Origin: Rhynchobatus australiae
Taxonomy: Eukaryota
Length of the DNA: 64,000 bases
Reading direction: 5' to 3'
Assembly: GCA_034780895.1 (NCBI GenBank)
Contig: JAUZTB010000070.1
Coordinates: 13,896,455 to 13,960,454 of the forward strand
Of this stretch, positions 36,801 to 51,182 are shown one piece after another (position 1 is the stretch's first letter; each line of letters begins with the position of its first letter). Position numbers and translations under genes: made by a program. Below the pieces are notes generated by a model, which was not told the DNA's origin, did no database searches, and worked only from the letters and a program-made list of their open reading frames with translations.

Positions 36801-37934
36801 ATTTATATTTTAAAAAAATGTAGTTGGTTTGGATTCTTTTCCCAGCAAGTGCTAGTGGGTGGCAAAAAGAAAATAGTGAATCTGGAACATCTTGAATGTT
36901 TAATTTTTCTTTAATGAATTTTTATAGAGATGCACAAAATTATAAGTATTTGATGGGTAAATTGGGATGAACTGTTTTCACTGGCAGAATATCCAGTAAC
37001 AGAAGCCAAAGCATAGTAGCAAACATTGGAGTTGTTTAATGCAGTGAGTTGTGATCAGGAATGCACTTCCAAGTGGGGCCTAGGAAGCAGTTCAATGAGA
37101 AAAGTTGGAATGGAACTTGATAAGTACTAGAAAAGGGGGGAAAAAGCCACAGATACACAGAGTAGGTAAATAGATGCAGTTCAAGAGCCTTTTCAAAAAA
37201 TCACAACGCAGCAAGTTGGGAATCAAACCAGGGTATTTTCTGCTCTTTCTATCATTTCCACCCATAATAAGGGAATGTTACATTGTCATTTGGATGAGAT
37301 GTTAAAGTGATATCCATTGTTTCCTGACAGGTAAGGAGACTTGTTCTTCAATATCATTAAAGCAAAGAGTATCTTGTGATTATCAATTTGCTGTTCTCTG
37401 GAATGACAGTGCTTCAGATTTGTGCTTGGAATTGTTTGAGACATCCTAGGGTCATAAATGCATTGTGTAAATGAGGTCACAGCATGTTAAACCCAACTAT
37501 TGTCAAAAGGTATTTGAATATTCCCTTTGTATGATGGGGGCTATGGGCATATTAATCAGTTATCCAGATCAGTGGTCTGTGGATACCTGCTAATGGTAAA
37601 TAGCTGCCTGCAGAAATTATGGTACCTCATCCATTTGCTGGGGATTTTAACTCATTTTCAGGATCTGGGTGTTGCCAGCATTTATTGTAGTTGGGTTTAT
37701 TGCTCATCCCTAATTTTCTGTCAGAAAGTAATGAGCCACCACCTTGCAATCCTTATGGTGCTGTTGGGTAGAGTGTTCCAGGGGTTGGACCAAGTGATGA
37801 AGAAGAACCGGCAATGCATTTCCAAGTTAGGATGATGCACAATTTGGAGAGGAACCGGTAGGTCGTGGTGTTCCCCTGCAACTTTGCCATTGGTGGTAGT
37901 GGTCATTGGTTTGGGAGGTGTTGGGACATCACAC

Positions 37935-38200
37935 TGAGCTCTCTACACTGGAGAAACCAAAGGTAGATTGGATGACAATTTTTCAGAACACCTCCCATTC
38001 AGTGCACAAAGTCAACCCCGAGCTTCCAGTTGTCAGTCACTTTAATCCTCCACCCTTCTCCCACTTTAGTCTGTTCCATCTCTCTCAAACCTAACCTGTT
38101 TTTTCACTTTTCCAGTCTTGAAGGACCTTCACCTAAAGCATCAGCTTTCTCTTCCCACTGATGTTGCTTGAACTACTAGGTGGTTCCATCGTTGTTTTTT
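37935..38200 (+). mobile_element. Penelope-like GIY-YIG endonuclease fragment plus terminal repeat
   Basis: LYTGETKGRLDDNFSEHL, then after a frameshift HSVHKVNPELPVVSHFN; matches the PLE pattern YIGETKRRL..RF.EHL...LPVA.HFN. Confidence 0.8.
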
Positions 38201-39559
38201 GTAATGTGAACTGCCCAGTGAACACGAGTTATATTTCTTTAATGCCTTGTTGAGTCTTAAGTGTCTTGAATAAATTACTAATGTTGACAAATTAACTTGA
38301 TCAACAAATCTAAGTATGTAATAGCAATGTGGTTATGTTCCTTGACTAGAACTTCAATGACTAAGACTCTTAGTCTGCTGATAAGAGTTTGAATCCCAAT
38401 TTAGCAGTTGACAAATTGAATTAACCAAATAACTGAGGGTGGGGAATGAGAATGTCCAGTTTTGGTAATAGTTACCATAAAACATTCCATCTTATTCTCT
38501 TAAGAATGGAGTTTCTGAACTGATCAGGCATATGTGATTCCAGACCCAGAGTGATGTAGTTGACCCCTAAAATAGAAAATGCATTAAAATAGTTAGCAGG
38601 GAAGGTGGCATCTGGGAGAAGAATAGGGTTAATGTCTCGGGTTGACAATCTTTCATCACTTTTGAGTATTCCCAGCATTTTCTCCCCCATCAGTATTTTT
38701 GGGGTATTCTAGAATGAAAGGAATGCTGGTCTTTAAATTGTTTATCTCTCTTCAAGCTGCTTATTTTAAATTTGTGCCTGTAAAAATAAAGTACAGAGAA
38801 CAAAGAAAATTTGAGAAATTCTGCAGAGGAGTTGACAATTTTGTCAAAGCAGTGCAGATGATGAATTTATTTAATTGATAGGACAGGAAATTTGCATTAA
38901 AGCTCCCACTTCAACTTTGACCATAACATGGACCTGATTGCCCACTTGCTGGTGATGAACGTCCATGGGTGAGACAACTGAGCCTGGAAGCATAGAGCGG
39001 CAATGATATTGCAATAGGAGGGAGTAAATTTCTTGTCCTTAAATTTTTGAAAGTTTGGTGGTGAAAAGCTCAAAAATGTTTGTCATAAGTTTGGTGATCC
39101 ACTGACATTTGATTTAATGTATTGGGTTCTGGTATATGACCTGCTGCTGCCCTTGACAAACTCAAGGTTAAAGCACAAAGGATGCTGGGGAACTCCATAA
39201 TTGTGAATGCTGTGGATTCTTGAGCTATAAGTAATTCTCCATTGTGTTAGTTTTAGATCATCCCTGGCTCTGTCAATACTAAGTCAACAGTGAGTGTCAC
39301 AAACAATAGTCAACTGACCTGCAGAGGAGTTGAAGGAAAGCATTTTTTAAAAAAAATTGCTGTAAATCTAGCATGAGTTTGAATGCTGATTCAGCATGTA
39401 AGAGGATGTGCTCAATGTTTGTGCCTCAGTTTTTGTATACTTTTGGAATTCTTGAGCAGAGGTTAAACGTGGAGAAGTTAATTATTTTCAATTTGCTGAA
39501 AGTTGCTGATCCCAGTGTTAGAAGTTGCTGGATCCATTCAGTCTCAATTCTTTAGTGTA

Positions 39560-39935
39560 AAACCAAAATGTAAATGGTTCCAAACCTTGTTTTCAAATCC
39601 CTCCTGTGGGCTCACTGTCCATACCACTGATTTCCTGCAGCCTTATAAACCACAGCACCCCCAATCCCCTCCCCAAACTCTGTGCTCTTAAAATTCTGGT
39701 CTTCTGATGATCCATGTGTTTAATCGCACCACCACTGGAGGCCTTGCTTTCAGCTGCTTGGGCCCTAAGCTCTGGAATTCACTTCCTAAACCTTCCTTCC
39801 TTGAAGATACAGGCTTTAGGAGCATCTTAATCAAAGTTTTGGGTTATCTGCCCTAATTTCCCCTTGTGGGATCAGTACAAATTTTGTCTGACAATTCTTC
39901 TTGGGATGTAGGACATGCCATACAAATACAAGTAG
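39560..39935 (+). mobile_element. L2 LINE 3' end
   Basis: ccttgttttcaaatccctc...gctttcagctgcttgggccctaagctctggaattcacttcctaaacc. Similar copies at 43440-43846 (-) and 50040-50285 (+). Confidence 0.75.
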
Positions 39936-40554
39936 TTGTTACCCAACAAGCCTTTATAACACACATTACAAAATATGGCATTATGTTCCTTCAAATGAGA
40001 ATACACATTCAACCCCAGACAAAATTATGTACAACAGCAGTGGACGAGGTTAGTGAGGCTATTGGGCAACTCTTGGACCTGGGAGTTGGGAAGACATGCA
40101 GTTAGGTCTTAATAGTGAGACGCCGATACTGCAGTATGGAGGCAAAGCCCAATATGCTTTCTGGATACAAGGTCACATGGCCATGTTCAGGCCAATATTG
40201 AAACCTTGACAAACTAATAACCAAAGCACATTATTTGACATAATCATGTTTTGGAATCTTGCTCTGCACAAATTGACTACCACATTTCCTACAATCTGTA
40301 GGAGATTTGCCATCAAAAGTACTTCAATGGCTGAAATGTCCTGAAGGTGTGTAAATGGAAGTTTCTGCCAAGTATCTGATTTATAACTTGTGAAATAAGC
40401 AGCTCTGGATTGAGAATGCAGTGTCTTTTAAAATAATAATTGGTGTTATTGGGGCCTCCTCACTCTCTTAATTCATAGAATCGTGGAAGGAAGTGGTGCA
40501 GCAGGAGCCCATTCAGACCACTTACCCCTGAGCTGGCTTGGTGAATGGGCTATA

Positions 40555-40830
40555 CAATTTCTTGTAGAGTGGTACAGCAGGGTAACAGGCCCTTCGGCCC
40601 AAATGGTCCATGCTGACCAAGATGCCCCATCCAAGCTTGTCCCATTTGCCGGTGTTTGGCCCATAACCTTCTGAACCCTTCCAATCCATGCTCCTGTCCA
40701 GCTGTTTTTAAAAGTTCCTGCACCTGCCTCAACCACTTCCTCTGGCAGTTCATTCCGTATAGAGAACATCCTTTGTGTTTTTAAAAAAAAGTGAGTGATT
40801 TCACCCTATCTATGCCCCCTCATGATTTTA
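40555..40830 (-). mobile_element. CR1 (HER1-type) 3' end
   Basis: acaggcccttcggcccaa...ccacttcctctggcagttcattcc; minus strand reads NELPEEVVEAG. Confidence 0.8.
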
Positions 40831-41109
40831 TACACCTCTATAATTTTTGTCCCTCCACTGTCCAACAAATTTTTCCTTAACTATATATCTTCAAAGTTTC
40901 TGTTAAGTCTGCTTTCACTGCCTCTTGATCACAACTCGCTGCATGAAAGCAATCCTTTTTCTCACCTCACACCCCCCCCAGTTCTTTTGCCATTCTCCTT
41001 CTGCCCTTATCCTTCTGGTCACTGACCCAGGTAAATGTAACGAGATCAGTTTGGCAACTTGGTGGGATGAAGGGTCTTTTCATTGCTGTATAGCTCTATG
41101 ACTTTAACA

Positions 41110-42260
41110 CCCCAGTTTCTCCACATAAAGGTTGGTATGAATGAGTTCTTAGGTTGGCAAGTTGTAATTAGTATGCCAGAGGAATCGGTGCTGGAGCTTC
41201 AACTTTTTACAATTTATATAAATGTCTTAGACAAAGGTGCCAATGGTTGCTAAATTTGCTGATGACACAGATGAATGGGAAGGTAAGTTTTGGAACGGAC
41301 ATACCGTCACTAAAAAGGGATGTAGAAAGATCAAGTGAGCTGGCAAATGGAGTGTAATGTGGGAAAGTGCAAAATTGTTCACTTTGCTTAAACCTTTTTT
41401 CCTACCAATGACAGATTATAGAGCTCTGAGATGTAGAGGGCCACAGTGATATCCAATGTAAGTGTGAGGAATAGCACCTTACTGGGGATGTTGTAGCCTT
41501 CAAAAGTTAAATATTAAATTTAACAATTTGAGGTAATGACCCCTACCCCCCCCCCACACACACACACACACACACACACACGTGGTTGTACCTCTGTTTC
41601 AACTTCACTTTTTGTTGTCTAACCACCCGCTTTAAAGAGATTTTTACCTTGACAGCTTTGGTCTCTATCCTATCACAGATGGTCCCTCTGTTCTCTCCAC
41701 CCCTCCCCTCTCTCCGCTGTAACATGCTGTTTCTGTCACTTTTTCAGTTCTGATAAAACACATCCTTGACCCAGTGACTCTGCTTTCCACACTGTTGCCT
41801 GACTTGCTGAGTGCTTCCNNNNNNNNNNNNNNNNNNNNNNNNNNNNNNNAACACAAAAGGCCAGGTTGTTTCATGAGGAAAAGTTGCACAGTCGTGACTT
41901 CTATCTGCTGGAGTTTAGAGTGAGAGGTGACTTGCTTGAAACAAGTCTTGAGAGGTCTTGGTGTGGTGTATGTGAAGATGATGGTTTCTAGCTGAATCTA
42001 GAACAGGGGTGACTGTTTAAAAATAATGCCTTACCCATATAAGGCAGTAATGAAGCAACATTTTATTTCTGAGGGCTGCAAGTATTTGGAATTCTCTTCC
42101 TCAAATGGTGATGGAAATCTTTGAACATTTTTAAGGCAGGGGTAGATATGGAATTGATGCGCAAGGGAGTGAAAGGTTACAAGCAGATCAGCCATGATCT
42201 TAATAAATGGTGCAGTGGGCTGAATGGTCTACTCCTGCTAATCCTTATGTTGTTGGATGT
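41110..42260 (+). mobile_element. CR1 RT/3' fragment split by a Penelope insert
   Basis: MPEESVLELQLFTIYINVL..VAKFADDT RT core at 41170-41270; CR1 3' sequence resumes after 41850. Confidence 0.75.
41440..41818 (+). mobile_element. Penelope-like 3' end containing a (CA)n tract
   Basis: gaggaatagcacctt...gttgtagccttc (decayed EEQHL..LQP) then cagttctgataa...gttgcctgacttgctgagt terminal repeat; (CA)n at ~41555-41581. Confidence 0.6.
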
Positions 42261-44049
42261 ATTATTGTTCCTGAGCCATAAGACTATTCTGGTAAAGCTC
42301 CCCCTGCCCTTCCAAGGCCTGATATCCTTCCTAAAGCCAAAGTTCCAGAATTAACCGTTCAATATAATTTGAGCTCTACACAACATATATATAAAAATCA
42401 TTCGGTCCTGAGGCAGTTGTAGTCTGAATGTAGAGGGTCTGACTCAATGACCAGAGCTGCCCATTGCTCCAGCAGCATGAACTGTGTGGTGATGCAGTCA
42501 AAAACTCCTGCTTCCAATAAGTCGGACAGCTGTAAAAAGTTGATATTTTTAAGTTTTTAAATGTCTGACATTTGGGAGATATTTAGAAACTTAAAGTAGA
42601 TAGTTAAGTAGCAAAAATAATTGCCATTTTAAAAAAAATTGAAAATACTGCTAAATAATTAAATCATGAACAGGAGCTAAATAAAGAACTGACCCTATGT
42701 TCTCCAGTGTGAACCTGGAGCATGGTCCAGGAAATTATTTCCTCTGTCAATGTAATGAAGAATCTCAGCAAGGTTACAATTCAAAGTTTATAATTCTGAA
42801 AGGATTGCAGAAGTGCTGTGACCTGGGTCAGTGTGAGTAGCAGGAAGGTTGGATTAAAACATAGTTTGAGGTTTATAGGATCCTGGACTCTAAAGATAGC
42901 GTAAAAAAAAAGTGAGGTTGAGTTGAACTCTTAAACTCTAATTTGGCTGGCAGTAGAATATCCACTTCTGGACATTTCACTATAAGAAGGATATGAAGGG
43001 CAAGAGAGGGTGCAGAAAAGATCTGATGGGATGCTCCTGGGGATGAACGACTTCAATTATACAGATAGATGAAAGAAGGTGCTATTTTTTTCACTGGGAG
43101 GAGATGTAATAGATGGGTTCAAAATTAATAAGGATCCAGACAAATGGAAAGAAACTGTTTCCATTGGCAGAGTCAGGAGTCAAAGGGGAGATAGAGCCTT
43201 GGTTTAATTTCTCACAATGAAATGCCCCCGTAGTGCACCTGCATTTTTGTATTTGACTATTGGTATTGGTTTATTATTGTCACTTGTACCGAGGTACAGT
43301 GAAAAGCCTGTCTTACAAACTGATCGTACAAGTCAATTCATTACTACAAGGACTGGAGCTCAATCATGCAAACTTGTCTTCGAGTGAGGTGGTTGCCCCT
43401 GAACCACAGCTGGCAGAGGTGGTTAAAAACTTGGTGAGAAAGTAGGTTTGAAGAGCCTCCTTATAGGAGGAAACATGTGACTAGAGAGAGGAGGTGGTTC
43501 AGGGAGGGGAATTTCAGAGCTTGATGCCCAGGCAGCTGAAGACTGGCTGCCAATGACAGAGACATGGAAATGAGGGATGATTTGAGCATGCAATAATCTC
43601 TCAGGGTTGTGGGGCTGGAAGAGATTCCAATGAGAGGAAAAGGGGCAGCAATGTAAGGATGATATCCAGGTGTTCTGGACTGGGAGCTATTGGATGTCAG
43701 GGAGCACAGGGGACCAGGTGGGATTGGGACATGGATAGTGAGTTTTTGGGCAAGCTGAAGTTTGCTTCCTGTTTTCTAGATGTCCCCTGGATTGTTTCCA
43801 TTAAAGCAAAGAGCCAGGGAGGGCAGAGTTTGGGTAATGACCTAATNNNNNNNNNNACACAAGCTCTGGACCTAACATCACCTGGGGAAAATGGACTCTG
43901 GTACACATTGGGGCGGAACCTTCCCCCAGGTCAAGGGGCAAGTCAGAGCTAAGAATAGATTTCTGAGACCCACTAACTGTAGTGGAGAATAAAATGGGGA
44001 AAAGCACCTGAAAGCTTGGCTTGGGATAGAATGTGACTCTGTTTTGTGC

Positions 44050-44470
44050 AAGCCTCAGCCATAGCCTATATTGTCTTATGTATAATGTTCTCTATCCTGC
44101 AGGATAAAGAGCATAATAAACAAGATAATACGGGGTTTAAATGTGTGATATTCGGGATACTAAGTTGATATCTTTCTCCTAAGGTTGAAATGTCTAATAC
44201 CAGAGGGCATTAGTTCAAAGGAAATGTGTGGGGTAAGTTTTTACACAGTGGTGGGTGCCTGGAATGTGCTGCCTGGGGGTGGTGGTGGAGGCAAATGAGA
44301 TGGGGTGTTCACGAAGCTCTTAGGCACTTGAATGTGCAGGAAATGGAAGGATATGGACATTGTATAAGCAGAAGAGATTAGTTTAGTTGGGTATTTGATT
44401 ACTAATTTAGTTCAGTACAACATTTTGGGCTGAAGGGTCTGTTCCCATGATGTGCTGTTCTATGTTCCAT
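44050..44470 (+). mobile_element. CR1 3' end
   Basis: ccagagggcat...gtgggtgcctggaatgtgctgcctggg...gggctgaagggtctgttcc...gttctatgttc tail. Confidence 0.8.
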
Positions 44471-44864
44471 ACAGCTCTGAAGAGTTGGATGAGAATGATA
44501 TAGATGAGGAAGAGGTCGGTAGAGCCATTGAGTCTGTGGTGCCTCTGTGCAAGAGAACTCTCTCATCTGACAGCCCCGTAATTCTTCTCTCAGCCTGTCT
44601 TTGGTTTTTTTCCTCCCTTTTAGAAAGTTGCTGAGTTTGTTTCAGACCACACTGTATGAGAAGTAAAAACCACCTCGACTCTAGGTCTTTTGTATATTCA
44701 CCTACCTGCTTCCTGCTAATCTTTTTGTTCTCAACCATCTGCCACTGAAACCTCCATCAGTCTCTGCAAGCCCAGCACTGGGCTGTCTGCTGTTGCAGTA
44801 GTTCCTGCTTCTGACAGCAGGGGGAGGGACTGCTCCATAGATGGTATTCAGTGAATGAAAATCA

Positions 44865-45230
44865 AAAGACTACGGATGCTGGAAATCTGAAATGAAAACA
44901 GAAAATGTTGGAGAATACGCAGCAGGCCAGACAGCTTTGGTGGAAAGGGAGGCAGTTAACATTTCAGGTTGAAGATCCTTTGCCAAAACGGGGAGAAAGA
45001 GAAAACAAGTTAGCAGAGAGGGTGGGGGAGGGAAGGATAGGACAAACACTCATTAAAGGTGGAAGTAACTGCAGTAGGTGAGAGAGAAATGGCCAAACCA
45101 TGAATCTGGGATGGTGGGGAACTAGTGTGGAGTAGGGTTGAGAGAGGAGATGGAACAAGGGCAGAATGGGATGTGGAGTGTGGGCAGGGGAGGGGGCAGT
45201 GAGGGCAGAGTTAAGGGAAGGCTGAGTGAA
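44865..45230 (-). mobile_element. Penelope-like terminal repeat with purine-rich spacer
   Basis: aaagactacggatgctggaaatctgaaatgaaaacagaaaatgttgg...gttaacatttcaggttgaagatcctttg. Confidence 0.7.
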
Positions 45231-46014
45231 ACTAAGTCTGAGGAAGTTTCTCACTCAGAGACTGGTTTGAGCTCTGGGGAAAGTGACATCAGCCTTAGTT
45301 TTTCTCTGTAACTTGGTATGACTCACATTGAGAGGGATGTAAAACCACAGGGAGAATGAACAACAGGAGTCGGTGTGTCTTACAAACCCTGAGCTGCTGA
45401 GCCATTCCCATCACAGGACCTTCAAACCTCAACCAAGAATGTTCAGCCTCAAAACAAGGGAGGGGTAAATTGACCAGGAGAGTTTCACTTGATCACAATG
45501 CAGTTACACTCAAATGGACATTGTTCTTGCTATGGAGAGTGGAGTGGGTGGGAATGAGTGTGGATAGGGATGTAAGGGGACAGTGTGGAGCTAAGGGTGG
45601 CAGTAACTGAGGATTAGACTAAGCCTTTGATCAGAACAGAAGATTTATAAAGTTTTAATTGGTGCTCTGAACTTGGCCATCCACTCACTGTCAGCTGTGG
45701 GTCTGTACACCCAGGCTGTGGGCACAGTGGGCATTGCCCTCCAGCCTATGCCAAGGCTGAGAGGTCACTCCTGGTCTCCTCTCAGAGCTGCTCTTACCAA
45801 TCACAGCAAAGCTTTGTATTTATGCAGGGTCTTTAATATTGGGAAATATCGTAAAGTGTTTCAGAGGAGGGGCAGGTAAATGCAGGGATTAGCACAAAAA
45901 ATGGCACTAATGTGAAAGATCAGCCAGGATCCCAATTAATGGAGGAGCAGGCACAAAGGGCCAAATGACCTGTGGCTATTTGTTACATTTACAGGCTGAA
46001 GTTAATATAGAGTC

Positions 46015-46345
46015 AATGAGAACACAGACAGGCCCTTCAGCCCACAGAATCCTTGCCAATCATTAAACACCTATTTTACATAAATCCCATTTTATTCTCC
46101 ACCCACATTCCCATCAACCTCCCACAGATTCCACCACTCATTTGCACACAAGGAGCAATTTAGACCAGGTAATTAACCCGCCAACCCGCAAGTCTTCAGG
46201 ATGTGGAAGGAAACCCACGTGGTCATGGAGAACGTGCATTCTCTGCACAGACAGGACCTGAGGTCAGGATTGGACCAGAGGTCAGGATTGGACCCAGGTT
46301 TCTGGGAGCTCTGAGGCCGTAGCTCTGCTGGCTGTGCTACTGTTC
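46015..46345 (-). mobile_element. HE1/V-type tRNA-derived SINE
   Basis: Reverse complement of the 57745 element: ggaaacccacgtggtcatggagaacgtgca...ctctgctggctgtgctactgttcc. Confidence 0.8.
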
Positions 46346-47959
46346 CATTCTGAATACAGGGCAACACACAGCCTTGAGCGTATTGTGCATCGGGTAACAC
46401 CTATGCTCAAGTGTGTGGTGCAAAGNNNNNNNNNNNNNNNNNNNNNNNNNNNNNNNNNNNNNNNNNNNNNNNNNNNNNNNNNNNNNNNNNNNNNNNNNNN
46501 NNNNNNNNNNNNNNNNNNNNNNNNNGGACCCATCCTGCCACCCATCCTGCTGAATTGATATTCAGCCATGCAAGGTTAAGAGAGGCAGAAACTGTAACGT
46601 TGAGCCCTAACCTGGCAGCACTAGCTTCAAAAATGTTCCACGGTGATTCACATCATGGTCTACCCAGTCTGCATACCTCCAGCTGGTATGAGCTGCACAC
46701 TATTGAGTGCCGCATACCCCAGCTTCACAGTCATTTAGCACAAATGAAAAATATCCTTTGATGAGCCTCTTCGTTCATTATACTTTTGTGCACTTGTTCC
46801 TATACTGGGCTAACAATCGAGACCGTATTTTCAGACCTCTCCCGATATCCTTTGTTACACATGCTAAAAGGTACTCACACAGAAATGACTGTGCTCAATT
46901 TATTTATGCTTGCCCGATTGAGATCAATGAACAATGTTGATTCATGCTAGTAAAAGCCAAAGGACGTTTGATTGGCATGTAGCATCAGACAGTGCAGCCA
47001 CACTAAATGGACTTGGCTTTGCTTCATTGTGCTGTGCAATTGCTGCCAAGCCTTCAAGGAGAGGACACTATTCAACAAATGAAAGGTGAGACAAAGTGGT
47101 GAGTGAGATGGAGTCAGCAACTATTCCCACAACAGCAGACAAAACAAATCTGGGAAGCTGACAGAGAAGAGTCACTCTTTAATTAGTAACAGCAGGTGCC
47201 CTTTCTATCAGTAGCTGTGCTATTAACCACTTAAGTGCTGAAGTTTTAAAAGATGTTGCTAATTATGTGTTCCTAACATTCATCCTTTACAAACTGCTAT
47301 CCATCTACTTTTTTTTTGCAGTCAGTTGGAAAATAAATCAAGCACTAAAGTTGAATTCTTCAAAATATGACACTCATTTCTAACATTCGGATCCACTCTA
47401 AACCAAGTCTTACGAGATGGCCGATTGCTACCAATGTTTCTCTAAGTGTTTGGTGGTGATAGTGAGAACTAGTGCTGCTGGCATAGCAACAATGGAAATC
47501 GAGGCTTTCAATGCCCATGATATTCCATTCAATAAAAGGAATAGTTAGTAAGTCATGGGCATTGTGCAACTGAGTTAACGATAACCTCTGCAATCAGGCA
47601 AGTCCATGGCCAAACAATGGATGGTCTGTTCCAGTGAATTGGGGTTGCTGAAGGTAAGGTTACTTAAAGCTGAGACCCCAGGGAGCACCGTGGGTTATAC
47701 ATTCTGGGTGAGGGGGGAGTCAAATGGTGATGTGGACAGTGTGGGGGCTGGAAATTTGGAAAGTTTGATAACGTTGATTAAGTGGAGAAGTGAAACTAGA
47801 TTTAATGACATCAGGGCTCCCAACATACTGTAGGATTCCAGTTGCTCTGTGGAGCATCTTCACTGATGTAGGAAACATCTGACAGGCAGCAAGATCCCAC
47901 AAGCAGCAGACAATCACCGGGTAATTTGTTTTAGTGGCTGATTGATAGTTGAACATTGC

Positions 47960-48505
47960 CACAGTACAGGGTATAGCTCCCCTGCACCACAGAGTAGAGA
48001 CTGCAAGCTCCCTTACCCTCCAGCATCAGCGATGCACAGGTCAGGAGTGTGATGGGATATTCTCCATGTACCTGCATAAGTGTAGTTCCAACCACTGTCA
48101 AAGTGCTCAACACCATCCAGGACATAGGATTCAGTGTGTCTGGTTATAAAATCCACCACTGTGAGCGTTCATTCCCTCCACCTCAGGAGCACTGTGGCTG
48201 CATGAATGCCATCCACAAAATATGCTCCAGTTGGGCTACTCTGACAGTATGCCCAAAGTTTAAACCTTTATAGTGAAGGACAAGGTCGATAGGTACATGG
48301 GAACACAACTCCTAGCTGGTTCCCCTCTAAGTAGCAAACCAGCCTGACTTAGAAATATATTGCTCGTCCTCCTTCAATGCTGGGTTAAAATCCTCTAATT
48401 CTCTCTTCAATAGCACCTTCACTGGAAGTACTGCAGAGGCTGCCAGCCGCAATGACCTTCTCAAGGGCATTTAGGGATGGGGCAATAAATCTCATGAATG
48501 AATAA
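47960..48505 (+). mobile_element. CR1/L2-group LINE 3' portion
   Basis: AQVRSVMGYSP...LNTIQD coding remnant and tail ccttctcaagggcatttagggatgggggcaataaat...atgaatgaat. Confidence 0.7.
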
Positions 48506-51182
48506 TGTATGTGTGTGAGGTGGGGGGTGCTGGATGGAGACTGAGCAACGAGCTGTAGGTTAGACATCTTGAAGAACTTTCAGCGATGATGATATGGTCT
48601 CATTCATCTACAATGGCACCAGGTAACAATCAGTTGCTGACCCTGGCTTCACAGGAAAGCACCTCTCCATAAAGGACGTGTGTTGTGTTGGGGTTACTGA
48701 TGCTCTTGGATCAGACTAGGAGTTTCCAGGAACAACAAAAACTGAGTAAAACAGGGAAAGGTATCACAAGTCCAGGATTGCCCACTTTGTAACAATTAGT
48801 GGGAGCAAGGGAGGTACCAGAAGAACAAATTCTTATACATATAACACACAGAACTAGGCCATTTGGCCCATCAGATCCATGTTGGCTCCAAGGGGGACAA
48901 TCCCATTAGTCCTATTCTTCCTTTGAAATTTCCCCACATCCCTGCAACTCATTTTCACTCATGCACGTCCATCAACTGCCCTGTCATTCTTTTTTCTATT
49001 AAGGAGTAATTTTGAGTGGCCAGTTAATCTATGTGTTGGGTAGCCAATGGCAGGAGAGTAGTGATTGGGCAATTGGAGCCATGAGGTCATGTGATGAACC
49101 TCCTGGAATTCTCCAACCAGAATTGGCAACCCTCACTTCACATGTTTGTAGTGCTCAGGGATTGGATTCCCAGGACACTTCCAGGCAGTTGACCAATTAC
49201 TAGAGTGCTGCTTACCAGGAGGTATGTCCAAGGTCCTGGAAACAGCAAAAGCTGGTGTTATGGGGATGACTCTTTCAGCCTTCTGTGTGTACTCAATCAA
49301 TTCTGTTTACCATTGCAAATCCTTTAGGAAATCTATGCAATCTGGAGAAACATCCTGTGGGAGCTACATCAGAGGAAACCTTTGCCACGTGAGGATAAAT
49401 GTCGTCAGAAATGGAGCAGACAAGAGCAGGAAGTACCAAGTATTTTGCACTAGATTGAAAAGCTATAAGGAGCATCTTCGGGAGGAAGTGAAGAAGTTTG
49501 GAGATGGAATTTGAGATTTGGGTTTGGGTGTCAGTAGCAGAATGGTTAAAATTGGCACAGAAGGCCAAAGATCTTGGTGGTTTGTTTTGGGTAATGCATT
49601 AAACATTCCCTAGTCAGTGTCAGTGAAGTATTAAATCTTTCTCTGGTTATGCTATGCAAAGCATTAAATATTTCCCTGAAATGTATAAATGTTCTTCTAG
49701 TTACTCTTGGGTGTTTGATTAATAAACTCTTTTTTTTCCTTTGCATTTACAATGAAGGCTGAACACCAGCCTTGCTCTGGGCTCTCCTGTCCCTTTGATG
49801 TGTTTGGAGCTTTGATTTACCTCCTTTGCAATGGGGAAACTTGTGAGCTCCATGAGCAGCACCTCCCAAACCCCAGCCACGTGACCAATGTAGAGGGTCA
49901 CCCTAGGCGCGGGTGGTGCTTGACCACTGCAGACCAGGCAGTTTGATCGCCACGCCCCAAAGGCACTCGCCCCAATTCCTGCCAGATCACGGCCAACAAT
50001 TCCAGCAGGCAAATGTATTGAGAGATTATTACATAATGGAGCAGCACTGATGGTTATCAGTGGTGTTAAAATCCCCCTCCCCACCCTTCATCCAGAGCCT
50101 CCCACGACCCTACACCCTCTCACATTTCTGCTCTCCCGATTCTGGTTTCTGACTATCCCTCGACTTATTTGGTGGCCTTGCCTCTAGCAGCCTGGGCCCC
50201 AAGCTCTGGAATTCCCTCCCTGAACCTCCCTTTCTTTTCCTTAAAGATGCATCTTAAAATCTTCCTCTTTGCCCTCACTTTTGGAATTTAGTTACTATAG
50301 TAGAAAGTGCAGCAGCCAATTTGGGCACAGCAAGATCTCACAAAGCACACTGTGACCATGTCCAGGTTGTTGACTGGAGGACATGGTACGTGGGGGAGGA
50401 CCCTCTCCCTCTCTTTGAAAAGGTGCCAAGGGCTCTCTTCCCACCCAAGAGAGTGAGTGGGACCTCCAGCACTCATGCCTCTGAATGACGAAGGGGTTGA
50501 ATCCCATGACAGAGACAACCCCATAATGTAGGGCAGTGTTCTGTGTGATACTGAGGGAGTGCAGTACTGCCAGAGGTCCCATGTTCAGATGGACATTAAA
50601 CCCAGTATTCTGGAAGAGTGGCCTCTGTGCTGTCCTATACACTCCCAGTAGGAGTGCCTCCTCTCCATGGGGCTGTCACCTGGAGAATGAAGATTGGCCA
50701 TTTCTTTGGCTGTTTCCTAAAGTGCCCAGTCAGCACTGGTAGGTGGGACTGTGGAATGTCCTCCTCAATATGACTGAGCAGAGAATAGATAGTTGCATTG
50801 CATCGGTATTTACAAGCCTTCACTTCTGGGAACGATCCAGGTTAGACCCAGAAAACAGTCGGCTGACTGAAGTAAACAGCTTGCCTTACAGTGCTGAGCT
50901 AGAGCCATAACTAAAATAATCCATGCCTCTGCCTGGTGATCTATAATTAACAATGACCCTTATTTAGAAGCTGACACTATCTTGCTGGACATTGAGGTGC
51001 TGGGCCCATTAAAAACAGATTATAAATATCTCCTGTTTGTATTTGCCTGAGAAACCATCCCAGATAAACATCAGGGCCTCTCTCTGCAAAACTGCTGTGG
51101 TTCTGATCTAATGTCAGTATTAATGTGAGGGATGTAGCTTTTGGGAATTCCAGCTTCCTGCAGTTCACAGACTGTGACCAAA

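Noticed and set aside
44460-44830. Possible exons (acidic SEELDENDIDEEEV on +; AG...GT-bounded segment on -)
   Set aside because: The apparent + acceptor overlaps a CR1 tail, the implied - intron is only ~54 nt, and I recognise no homology.
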